Assembly: GCA_038215615.1 (NCBI GenBank)
Contig: JBBQQR010000011.1
Coordinates: 9,599-73,598 of the forward strand
Source: Vulcanimicrobiales bacterium
Lineage (GTDB): Bacteria; Vulcanimicrobiota; Vulcanimicrobiia; Vulcanimicrobiales; Vulcanimicrobiaceae
Reading direction: 5' to 3'
DNA: 64,000 nt
Under the pieces are notes generated by a model. That model had not been told where the DNA came from. It made no database searches and saw only the letters and a list, made by a program, of their open reading frames with translations. The translations under genes and the position numbers were made by a program. This document shows positions 28,182 to 35,856 of this stretch, piece after piece (positions within the stretch are counted from its first letter, which is position 1; each line of letters opens with the position of its first letter).

Positions 28182-28823
28182 ATGCGCACACAAACATTTT
28201 TCAGCGGCGCCGTTGCGGCGGCCGCCCTTTTGCTGATGGTTAGCCCAGCCGGACAAGCATCGACGAATTCGGATAACGTTCTCGCCCGGCTGATCTCTGC
28301 CAACGTCGGCTTGCGTAGCTTTACGGCCGGCGTGAACGCGGACGTTGTGATGCATTCGTTCCCCTACCTGAGCGCCAATCTGGGCGGCATGTACTATCAC
28401 AAAGAGCCGAGCAAAGACAAGGTTGTCTTCACGAGCGGGCTGCCGTTCATCGCCAAGCAATTCAGCAACGTCTACCCGCACGTCGAAAGTCCCGCCCGCT
28501 GGCACGACGTCTACGAGATCTCGATGGAACGGGATGACGGGATGTACACGACCTTCAAGCTGGTGCCCCGTTCGGGCGGCCGCATCGATCACATCGATGC
28601 CAAAGTGGGCGACAAGTCCGGCGAGCTCGCCCAGCTGCGCTGGAATTATACCGACGGCAGCTACGCGACGCTCAACCAGACCTACGGCAAGGTCGGCGCG
28701 TATCGCCTAGTGACTCGGGAGACCGGCCATTTCGAGAACCCGAACTACAACGCCGATCTGTCGTCGACGTTCAGCAACTTCAAGGTGAACGTTGCCATTC
28801 CGGACTCGATCTTTCGCAGCTAG
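28182..28823 (+). CDS. Hypothetical secreted protein, possibly LolA-like fold
   Basis: Signal peptide; amphipathic beta-strand pattern (YYHKEPSK, FKLVPR); fold is a guess. Confidence 0.7.
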   Translation: MRTQTFFSGAVAAAALLLMVSPAGQASTNSDNVLARLISANVGLRSFTAGVNADVVMHSFPYLSANLGGMYYHKEPSKDKVVFTSGLPFIAKQFSNVYPHVESPARWHDVYEISMERDDGMYTTFKLVPRSGGRIDHIDAKVGDKSGELAQLRWNYTDGSYATLNQTYGKVGAYRLVTRETGHFENPNYNADLSSTFSNFKVNVAIPDSIFRS

Positions 28824-28861
28824 TTACAGGCCGCAGTGGATAGCCTGCCTCGGAAAACGCT

Positions 28862-28887
28862 GCAAAATTACGTCCATGTAATTTTGC
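28862..28887. repeat. Perfect AT-rich inverted repeat (operator or hairpin)
   Basis: GCAAAATTAC-GTCCAT-GTAATTTTGC. Confidence 0.8.
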
Positions 28888-29037
28888 CGCTTGACTGCTT
28901 TTTCGAGAGAACAAAGTTTTGAAGCGGCCATCCGTGGCCGGCTCGAAAAAGCAGACATTTCCGCGCAGGCTATCCACTACGGCCCTGCAAGATTGCCCGA
29001 GCCGAGGGTCCCGAGCCGCCGCGCTGAATCAGAAGTT

Positions 29038-30054
29038 GTGGCCCTGACGACCATCGATCTGACTCGCGCGCCTCTGGCCGATCAATTCAACCGGCCGATT
29101 ACCTATCTGCGCATTTCCGTGACCGACAAGTGCAATTTGCGCTGCGTGTACTGCATGCCCGAGCGCGGTCTGGATTGGCTGCCCAAAGGCGAGATTCTCA
29201 CGTATGAAGAGATCGCGAAACTCGTGGAGACAGCCGCCTCGGTAGGCGTACGCAGCGTGCGCCTCTCGGGCGGTGAGCCGCTAATTCGCCGCGATCTCCA
29301 TCGATTGGTTTCGGCAATTCATGATATTGACGGAATCGAAGACATCTCGCTTTCAACCAACGCGCTATTGTTGGCCGACCAGATCGCCGAATTACAAGCG
29401 GCCGGCTTAAGCCGCGTCAACGTTTCGCTCGATACGCTGCGCGCCGATCGCTTCGAAGCTATCGCGCGCCGTCCAGGTTTGGATCGAGTGCTCGCCGGTA
29501 TTGACGCGGCCATCGAGGCGGGCATGCAACCGGTGAAGATCAACGTCGTCGTCATGCGCGGACAGAATGACGATGAAATCGCCGAGTTCGCAGAGTGGAC
29601 GCGGCGGCAGCCGGTCTTTGTGCGCTTCATCGAAGTGATGCCCGTTCACGAGAACGTGGGGCTGCAACGCGACGCGTACATGAGCTCGGACGAGATTCTC
29701 GAGCGCGTGGGAGCAATTGGTAATCTGCATCCTTCGATCGGGCCCGGCGGGAACGGACCGGCCCGGTATTTTGCTTTCGACGGAGCGCCGGGAGCGGTCG
29801 GCGTCATCAGCCCGCTGTCGCACGATTACTGCGAGCGTTGCAACCGGGTGCGCCTGACGGCGGACGGCCATCTGCGACTCTGTCTCTTTGGCGATCAGGA
29901 CGTTGACCTCCGGACGCCTTTGCGCGGCGGGGAATCCACGCAAGGCCTGGCGAGCATTTTGCGTTCGGCCATGCTCATCAAACCCGAGCGCCATCATCTG
30001 CGCTTGGGTGAGACGTCCTCGCGCATGCGGGCCTTTTCCGAAATCGGCGGCTAG
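29038..30054 (+). CDS. moaA: GTP 3',8-cyclase
   Basis: YLRISVTDKCNLRCVYC, CERCNRVR...LC, C-terminal IGG; start GTG 29038 inferred (frame open from 28891). Confidence 0.96.
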   Translation: MALTTIDLTRAPLADQFNRPITYLRISVTDKCNLRCVYCMPERGLDWLPKGEILTYEEIAKLVETAASVGVRSVRLSGGEPLIRRDLHRLVSAIHDIDGIEDISLSTNALLLADQIAELQAAGLSRVNVSLDTLRADRFEAIARRPGLDRVLAGIDAAIEAGMQPVKINVVVMRGQNDDEIAEFAEWTRRQPVFVRFIEVMPVHENVGLQRDAYMSSDEILERVGAIGNLHPSIGPGGNGPARYFAFDGAPGAVGVISPLSHDYCERCNRVRLTADGHLRLCLFGDQDVDLRTPLRGGESTQGLASILRSAMLIKPERHHLRLGETSSRMRAFSEIGG

Positions 30055-30075
30055 GCCCGAAGGCCAAAAGAAGCC

Positions 30076-30103
30076 GGTCACATCCGGGCGAATCGGGACG
30101 TTA
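30076..30103 (+). promoter_or_regulatory. Putative autoregulatory ECF promoter
   Basis: GGTCACA-N16-CGTTA upstream of the sigma gene; resembles the ECF41-type TGTCACA-N16-CGTC. Confidence 0.55.
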
Positions 30104-30126
30104 GCAGCAAAAGGGGGCCCTGAGGC

Positions 30127-30645
30127 ATGGAGCAGGTCTACCTCGTCACCGGAATGTCGGCCGCGCAGAGCCGAGTGGATGCGCTCGTTCGCGAGCACCA
30201 GACGAAGCTCGCGCGCTACGTACGCCGGATGGTCGGAGATGCCGACGTCGCGCTGGATATCACACAAGACGTGTTCTTCAGCGCCTATCGCACCCTCCAG
30301 CGTGAGCCCGAACGTCCGTTAACCGCGGGCTGGCTCTACAAGACCGCGACGAATACGGCCATCTCGTTCCTGCGCAGAAAAAAGATTCTGCGTTTTGTGT
30401 CCCTCGATCGGGAACACGACGTGCGTTCACTGCGTATCGACGAACGCAGCTCCGCATCGATCGATCTGCAAACGGCGATGCGCCGTCTGCCGGCGGAACA
30501 AGCCGCCGCGATCATGTTGACGAGCTATGCCGGGTATTCGTCGCAGGAAGCTGCGGCGATTCTCGGGACCAGCGCGGATGCGATCCGCCAGCGCGTTTGC
30601 CGCGCGCTGCGGACGATGCGCGCTGTAATGATGGAACCTGTTTGA
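30127..30645 (+). CDS. ECF RNA polymerase sigma factor
   Basis: Region 2 (DITQDVF, WLYKTATN) and region 4 (LP...GYSSQEAAAILG); 172 aa. Confidence 0.92.
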   Translation: MEQVYLVTGMSAAQSRVDALVREHQTKLARYVRRMVGDADVALDITQDVFFSAYRTLQREPERPLTAGWLYKTATNTAISFLRRKKILRFVSLDREHDVRSLRIDERSSASIDLQTAMRRLPAEQAAAIMLTSYAGYSSQEAAAILGTSADAIRQRVCRALRTMRAVMMEPV

Positions 30646-31664
30646 GGGAGAAGCAGCTGCACAAGGAGATCGAATCTCTGGCGGGCGCGATCGCGCTCGG
30701 GGAGGCCACCGACGCGGATCGCCGCGCATACCGCGAGCATATCGCGAGCTGTGCGCTGTGTTTGACCGAGTTGGGCGGCGAACACGAGCTCGCACGCACA
30801 AATGCGCTCGTCGGCCAAGCGCGCGACGGCGAGGTGTGGGACCCGCAACTCGGCAGCGTGCTGCGCAGGCGATCGAGGGGACTCTCGCCCGTGGTTCGCT
30901 TCGCGGCCGCGTTTGCGATGACGTTCGGATTGGCCGCGGCAACGCTCCACTATTTCGCAGTGCCCGTGCGGCCCGCGCCGGCCTCAGCCGTCTCCTACAT
31001 TCCGGCTGCCGGAACGACCGTTCACGGCCCGGCTCCGGCCGCAGCGCAGACGCAGCAGCGCCGGCTCATGGTCTATCACAACGTCGTGCAGATGGCGCGC
31101 GCCCCGGTCACACCTTCGGAAGCTCGCTCGGCTGCGGCACAGCCGTTCGTAAAGACGCCCGAGATTGCCGCCGTGACGGTCTATCCGCAAACTGCGCCGC
31201 ACAGCAAAGGTCCCGCCGGCGTTCCCGTCTGGCGCGATCCGGTGTGGCGCACCGTCGCGCGGATGACGACGACGTCGCTCAGCGAAACGTCGCCGCAGCG
31301 CGTCAGCAGCGCGGAGATGCTGCAGCTTCGGTCGGCCGGCCGCTCCTTAACCAACGAAGCCGCTCCGCTCGGCGGCGAAACGGCGATCAATCCGCAGCCG
31401 CCGATGATTGCCTATGCTGAAGGCGCAGAGGGTACCACGGCTTTTGAAGTGCTGATCGACGAGCACGGAACGCCCACGAAGTGCGTCATCACCAAACCCG
31501 CGGGCTACCGTTTTCTGGACGAAGCCGTCTGCAAAGCCGCGATGAAGGCGCGTTACTCGCCAAAGACACTGGACGGTCGAGCCGTGCCCGGCCTCTACCG
31601 CGATGCGTTCACGTTTCGTGTGAGCTCCAACCAGAGCGAAGGGCTCCCCAGACCCATTCACTAG
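30642..31664 (+). CDS. Zinc-finger anti-sigma factor fused to a TonB C-terminal domain
   Basis: TTGA overlap with sigma; HIASCALC (HxxxCxxC), one TM, Pro/Ala/Thr linker, GAEG..EVLIDEHG...AGYRFLDEA...YSP..DGRAV TonB_C pattern. Confidence 0.82.
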   Translation: MREKQLHKEIESLAGAIALGEATDADRRAYREHIASCALCLTELGGEHELARTNALVGQARDGEVWDPQLGSVLRRRSRGLSPVVRFAAAFAMTFGLAAATLHYFAVPVRPAPASAVSYIPAAGTTVHGPAPAAAQTQQRRLMVYHNVVQMARAPVTPSEARSAAAQPFVKTPEIAAVTVYPQTAPHSKGPAGVPVWRDPVWRTVARMTTTSLSETSPQRVSSAEMLQLRSAGRSLTNEAAPLGGETAINPQPPMIAYAEGAEGTTAFEVLIDEHGTPTKCVITKPAGYRFLDEAVCKAAMKARYSPKTLDGRAVPGLYRDAFTFRVSSNQSEGLPRPIH

Positions 31665-31701
31665 ACCCGGGAGAACCGCGGCCCATAGCAAAACGCGTGC
31701 C

Positions 31702-32046
31702 ATGCGGTTTCGCTTTGCGTCGCTCGCGCTCGCCCTTATCACGCCGTTTGCGCTGGCCGCGTGCGGCGGCAACTCGAAAACGCGCGCAACCGGCGCGCAG
31801 ACCGAAGCGCCGGTCAATGCCGGGCGCGGCCGATCGATCTATCTCGCGCAGTGCTCCGCGTGTCACGGACGCGACGGAACGGGGGGCCAAATCGGACCGC
31901 AGCTGCGCAACGAACACCTAAAGCGCACGTTTGCCCAAGTTCGCGATATCGTGCTCGATCCCGAACCGCCGATGCCTAAGCTTTTTCCGGCTCGCATGAG
32001 CGGCGCCGACGTGCGCGACGTTTCAGCCTACGTAGAAACACTCTGA
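31702..32046 (+). CDS. Lipoprotein monoheme cytochrome c
   Basis: Lipobox LAAC, CSACH, GPQL, distal MP. Confidence 0.9.
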   Translation: MRFRFASLALALITPFALAACGGNSKTRATGAQTEAPVNAGRGRSIYLAQCSACHGRDGTGGQIGPQLRNEHLKRTFAQVRDIVLDPEPPMPKLFPARMSGADVRDVSAYVETL

Positions 32047-33488
32047 TGCCGGTTGCCATGTACCGCTTCGCGCGCGATCTTCGTTTAGACGATCATGCGG
32101 GGCTGAGCGCGGCATCGGCACACGGCGACATTTTGCCCGTGCTGCTCGTGGACCATAAGCTCGAAGAACGCTTACGATCCTCGCCGCGGCGCGCGGCCTA
32201 TTTCTGTGGAGCAGCCGCGGCTTTGGATGCGGCACTTCGCGAACGCGGTTCTGCGCTCGTCGTGCGGCGCGGCGAGGCCGTCGAGCTGATGCGTCTGGCG
32301 GCAGAGCACGAAGCGGCAACGGTCGCGTGGAGCGCAAATTACGACCGTGCCGGGATTGCCGCCGATGCGGAGCTGCAGACGCTGATTGAAAAACGCGGCA
32401 TGCGCGCGATTGTGGTTCACGATGCGCCTGCAATTACTCCGGAAGAAAGCACCGCGGCGCGCAGTTCCGCGGGCGATGGCTATAAGGCATTCGTTCCTTA
32501 TTACGATATTTGGCGCGAACTCGAACCAGGCTCGTTCGAGGCGCCGTTATTCCTTTCGTTCGTGCCCGCCGGCGTGCCAAGCGAACCGCTTCCGCAACCC
32601 GCTGATTTTGGGTCCAGTAATTCGCTGCCCGACGTGGGCGCGCCGCGCGCGCGAGAGAAGCTCGAAGCGTTCTTGCGCGGGCCGGCGCTGCAATATTCAT
32701 TTGCCATAAACGTCCCGGCGGATGATCTCACGTCGCACCTGAGCGCGGACCTGACGTTTGGAACGATCGCCGCGCGCTCGATCGTGCGCGAGACGCGACT
32801 CCGGATGGACGATCCGTTCTTGCTTTCCGAGGAGCGTGCATCTTTACGGCTCTTCACCCGGGCGTTGGCGATGCGCGATTTTTTCCTGCAACTCTCTTGG
32901 TACAATCCGCAGACGAGCGACGGAGCTCTCCAAGAGAAGATGCGCGACTTTCCGTTTTCGCAATCCCATCCGCATTTGGAGGCGTGGCGCAATGGCCGCA
33001 CCGGTTTTCCGCTCGTGGACGCCGGCATGCGCCAGTTACGCGCGACGGGATGGATGCATCCGCGGGTGCGCGCCATTGCCGCCTCGTTCCTGTGTTTCGA
33101 TCTCGGAGTTGACTGGCGCGTGGGCATGGCCGAGTGGGACCGCTATTTAATCGAAGACGATCCGGCGCTTTCACGTGGAAACTGGCAGTGGATCGCGGGA
33201 GTCGGCGCCGATCTAGCGGCGTATCCGCGAATATACAATCCTTACAAACAGGCGCGGCGCTTCGATCCCGGCGGATCGTACGCGCGCAAGTGGATCGCGG
33301 AGCTGGCCCACGGACCTGCCGGTGGATTGACCCAGACGCAGCAAGGCTCGGCGCAGATCGAACTGCCGCTGGGTGGGGCCGAGCGCTATCCGCGGCCCGT
33401 GGTCGATCACGACCGCGCGGCGCGCGATTTCCTCGCGCGCTATCAGGAGTTCGTTACGCCGGCAGGCGGTCGTCGATCCAGTCGGTGA
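32046..33488 (+). CDS. Divergent photolyase/cryptochrome-family flavoprotein
   Basis: RDLRLDD, TSHLS, GRTGFPLVDAGMRQL..TGWMH, DWR, WQW, YPRPVVDH; TGATG coupling to cytochrome c. Confidence 0.9.
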   Translation: MPVAMYRFARDLRLDDHAGLSAASAHGDILPVLLVDHKLEERLRSSPRRAAYFCGAAAALDAALRERGSALVVRRGEAVELMRLAAEHEAATVAWSANYDRAGIAADAELQTLIEKRGMRAIVVHDAPAITPEESTAARSSAGDGYKAFVPYYDIWRELEPGSFEAPLFLSFVPAGVPSEPLPQPADFGSSNSLPDVGAPRAREKLEAFLRGPALQYSFAINVPADDLTSHLSADLTFGTIAARSIVRETRLRMDDPFLLSEERASLRLFTRALAMRDFFLQLSWYNPQTSDGALQEKMRDFPFSQSHPHLEAWRNGRTGFPLVDAGMRQLRATGWMHPRVRAIAASFLCFDLGVDWRVGMAEWDRYLIEDDPALSRGNWQWIAGVGADLAAYPRIYNPYKQARRFDPGGSYARKWIAELAHGPAGGLTQTQQGSAQIELPLGGAERYPRPVVDHDRAARDFLARYQEFVTPAGGRRSSR

Positions 33489-34032
33489 TCACGGGGACGC
33501 GCACGTCGTCGCCGTGCCATGCCTTAATCCCGTAGAAGACGCTCATGACGACAAAGATCGGAATGATAAAAGCGAGGACGATCGCGGCGCTGATTCCCAG
33601 AATCGGGATTCCCGCCATGAGCGTGAGGACGCCCCACAACCCGGCCATTCCTACATTGAAACCCAACGCCTGATAGGCGTGCTTGCGCAGCCGGCGCGAC
33701 TGTTTCCGATCGAAAAGCGATATGAGCGCCAGCGGCCACAACGGGTATCCCATGGCGACAAGCGCGCGCGACTCACCCGGATCCGACGGCTCGGCGACGG
33801 TGGCGCGAGCTTGCGGTGCGGGCTGCTGCTGCGCCGCCTTCCACCACTGTTGGGAGTGCGGCGGAACCTGTCCGGCGACGGACTTGTGCTGCGCATTTGC
33901 CGAGTCGATTTTGGCGGCCAGGCGGCAACTCGGGCACGTGCCGGCTTGATCGCGGCACGTGGCGCACACGGCCTTACTGCAGTCCGAGCAACGCGCGATT
34001 GACGGAACGTTTGCGTGAAAATAACAGTCCAT
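33454..34032 (-). CDS. B-box-type zinc finger plus DUF4870-like membrane domain
   Basis: CYFH...CSDC..VCATC...CPSC, Q/P linker, HAYQAL and three TMs, RVPVI; GAGG RBS before ATG 34032. Confidence 0.78.
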   Translation of the reverse strand: MDCYFHANVPSIARCSDCSKAVCATCRDQAGTCPSCRLAAKIDSANAQHKSVAGQVPPHSQQWWKAAQQQPAPQARATVAEPSDPGESRALVAMGYPLWPLALISLFDRKQSRRLRKHAYQALGFNVGMAGLWGVLTLMAGIPILGISAAIVLAFIIPIFVVMSVFYGIKAWHGDDVRVPVITDWIDDRLPA

Positions 34033-34066
34033 TTTTTGGCCCTCAGACAAGTTCTTTCGTTTTCAT

Positions 34067-34093
34067 CTACTCCTCATGGTGACTAGAGGTTTC
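34067..34093 (-). promoter_or_regulatory. Putative ECF-sigma promoter
   Basis: GAAACC-N16-AGTAG upstream of the B-box gene. Confidence 0.4.
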
Positions 34094-34122
34094 GCCCCGC
34101 CGGGGCCGCAAGGCAACCGCGA

Positions 34123-35856
34123 ATGACGCGCCAACGCACGCTCGCGCGCCTAGCATCGGACGCTCGGCCCCGCCTTCCCAGTATCGTCACCGCAATCGTC
34201 CTGGGCACGATTGGCGGGCTGCTGGCATTGGTTCCGGCGCTAGGGCTGGGCCGTCTGCTCAAGGACGTGGTCATAGCGCGCCCGCCCAACATGAACGAGC
34301 TTTATCTCGTGCTGGCGATCGTCTGGGCTTCCTTAATCGTGGCCGCATTGACGAATTATGGGTCGAGCTATCTGCTCGCCTCCAGTGGGCAGTCGCTCAT
34401 TGCAAGCTTGCGCGTCCGTTTGTTTTCCCGGTTGCTGCACTTGCCGCGGGGCGAATTTGACAAGTGGCGTCCCGGCGAACTGATTTCACGCTTCAGCACG
34501 GACATGCAAATGATGACCGACGCGGTCACGATTTCGTTGCCGCAATTGATCACCACGTCGGTCACGTTCTTGTCGTCCTTTGCGTACATGCTCTATTTGG
34601 ACTGGCTGCTGACGTGTTCGCTGATCGTCATCGCACCGCTCGTCTCGCTGGCGGTTTCGCGTTTTCAACGCCTCATTTCACAAGCAACGACGCGTTCTCA
34701 GGAACGCATAGCTGACCTATCGGCCAATTTGACCGAGGTGCTTGGCAGTCAACGCGTGATCAAGGCGTTCGCCCGGGAGAACTATGAAACTGGGCGTTTT
34801 TCGCGGCGCAACGCCGAGTATTTCGAAACGTACATGAAGTTGACGCAGTTCATTCAGACGCAGCCGGTCGTGATTTCGGCATTCATCTCGACCGCCGCTG
34901 CGATCATCATCTGGCTTTCGATCCGGGAAGTTGTCTTGGGGCGGCTCAACGTCGGGGATCTCTTCGTTTATTGGATGCTGCTCGTAAACTTGGTCAACCC
35001 CATGAATCGCTTTGCCGCATTTACGGGCGAAATTAGTAAAGCAGTTGTCGGCTCCGGGCGCGTGTACGAGTTGCTGGACTTGCCCGTCGAACGCGCCGAT
35101 AAGCCGGGCGCGGTTCCGTTACCGGAAGTGCGCGGACGAATCCAGTTCGACAACGTCGATTTTGCCTACGAACCGGGCGCGCCGGTGCTGCAAAAGTTTA
35201 ACGCGACTATTGAGAAGGGCGAAATCATCGCGCTGGTCGGGCCTTCGGGAGCCGGTAAGACGACGATCGTGAACCTCGTCCCACGTTTCTACGAACCGCA
35301 GGCGGGTCGTATTACGCTCGACGGAATCGATCTCGCGGACGTGCGGCTGCACGACTTGCGCGACGCGATCGCCATCGTGCCGCAAGAGGCGCAGCTTTTC
35401 CGCGGCAGCATCGCCGACAACATCCGCTACGGCCGTCTCGACGCGACCGACGAGGAGGTGCTCGCGGCCGCGCGGGAAGCGAACGTGGATGAATTTGCGA
35501 GCGGTTTCCCTGACGGGTACGCTACCGAGGTCGGCGAGCGCGGAACGCGGCTCTCGGGCGGGCAGCGCCAGCGCGTTTCGATAGCGCGAGCCATTCTGCG
35601 CGATCCGCGGATCCTTATATTAGATGAAGCGACCAGCGCGCTCGACAGCCATTCCGAGGCGCTGATCGAAAGTGCCCTCGACCGGTTGCTGGCCGGTCGG
35701 ACGACCCTCATCATCGCACACCGCCTCTCAACGATCCGCCGCGCGAATACCATCCTTTATATCGAGGCCGGCCGCGTCATCGAAATGGGGTCGCACGAAT
35801 CGCTGTTGGCGCGCGGCGGCGCCTACGCTCATCTGCACGCCACCCAGTTCGCTTGA
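34123..35856 (+). CDS. ABC exporter, fused TMD-NBD (MsbA-like)
   Basis: TM domain, GPSGAGKT, LSGGQRQR, DEATSALD, AHRLST. Confidence 0.95.
   Translation: MTRQRTLARLASDARPRLPSIVTAIVLGTIGGLLALVPALGLGRLLKDVVIARPPNMNELYLVLAIVWASLIVAALTNYGSSYLLASSGQSLIASLRVRLFSRLLHLPRGEFDKWRPGELISRFSTDMQMMTDAVTISLPQLITTSVTFLSSFAYMLYLDWLLTCSLIVIAPLVSLAVSRFQRLISQATTRSQERIADLSANLTEVLGSQRVIKAFARENYETGRFSRRNAEYFETYMKLTQFIQTQPVVISAFISTAAAIIIWLSIREVVLGRLNVGDLFVYWMLLVNLVNPMNRFAAFTGEISKAVVGSGRVYELLDLPVERADKPGAVPLPEVRGRIQFDNVDFAYEPGAPVLQKFNATIEKGEIIALVGPSGAGKTTIVNLVPRFYEPQAGRITLDGIDLADVRLHDLRDAIAIVPQEAQLFRGSIADNIRYGRLDATDEEVLAAAREANVDEFASGFPDGYATEVGERGTRLSGGQRQRVSIARAILRDPRILILDEATSALDSHSEALIESALDRLLAGRTTLIIAHRLSTIRRANTILYIEAGRVIEMGSHESLLARGGAYAHLHATQFA

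Noticed and set aside
28891..29037. 49-codon N-terminal extension of MoaA
   Set aside because: No SD, not MoaA-like, and the TTG coincides with a -35-like hexamer; treated as leader, not fully excluded
31672..31698. AGAACC-N16-CGCGT as an ECF promoter for cytochrome c
   Set aside because: Both elements deviate from the other copies; too weak to call
34043..34066. Mini-ORF MKTKELV with GAGGAG upstream (minus strand)
   Set aside because: SD spacing is only 3 nt and it overlaps the predicted promoter -10, so it is probably not in the transcript
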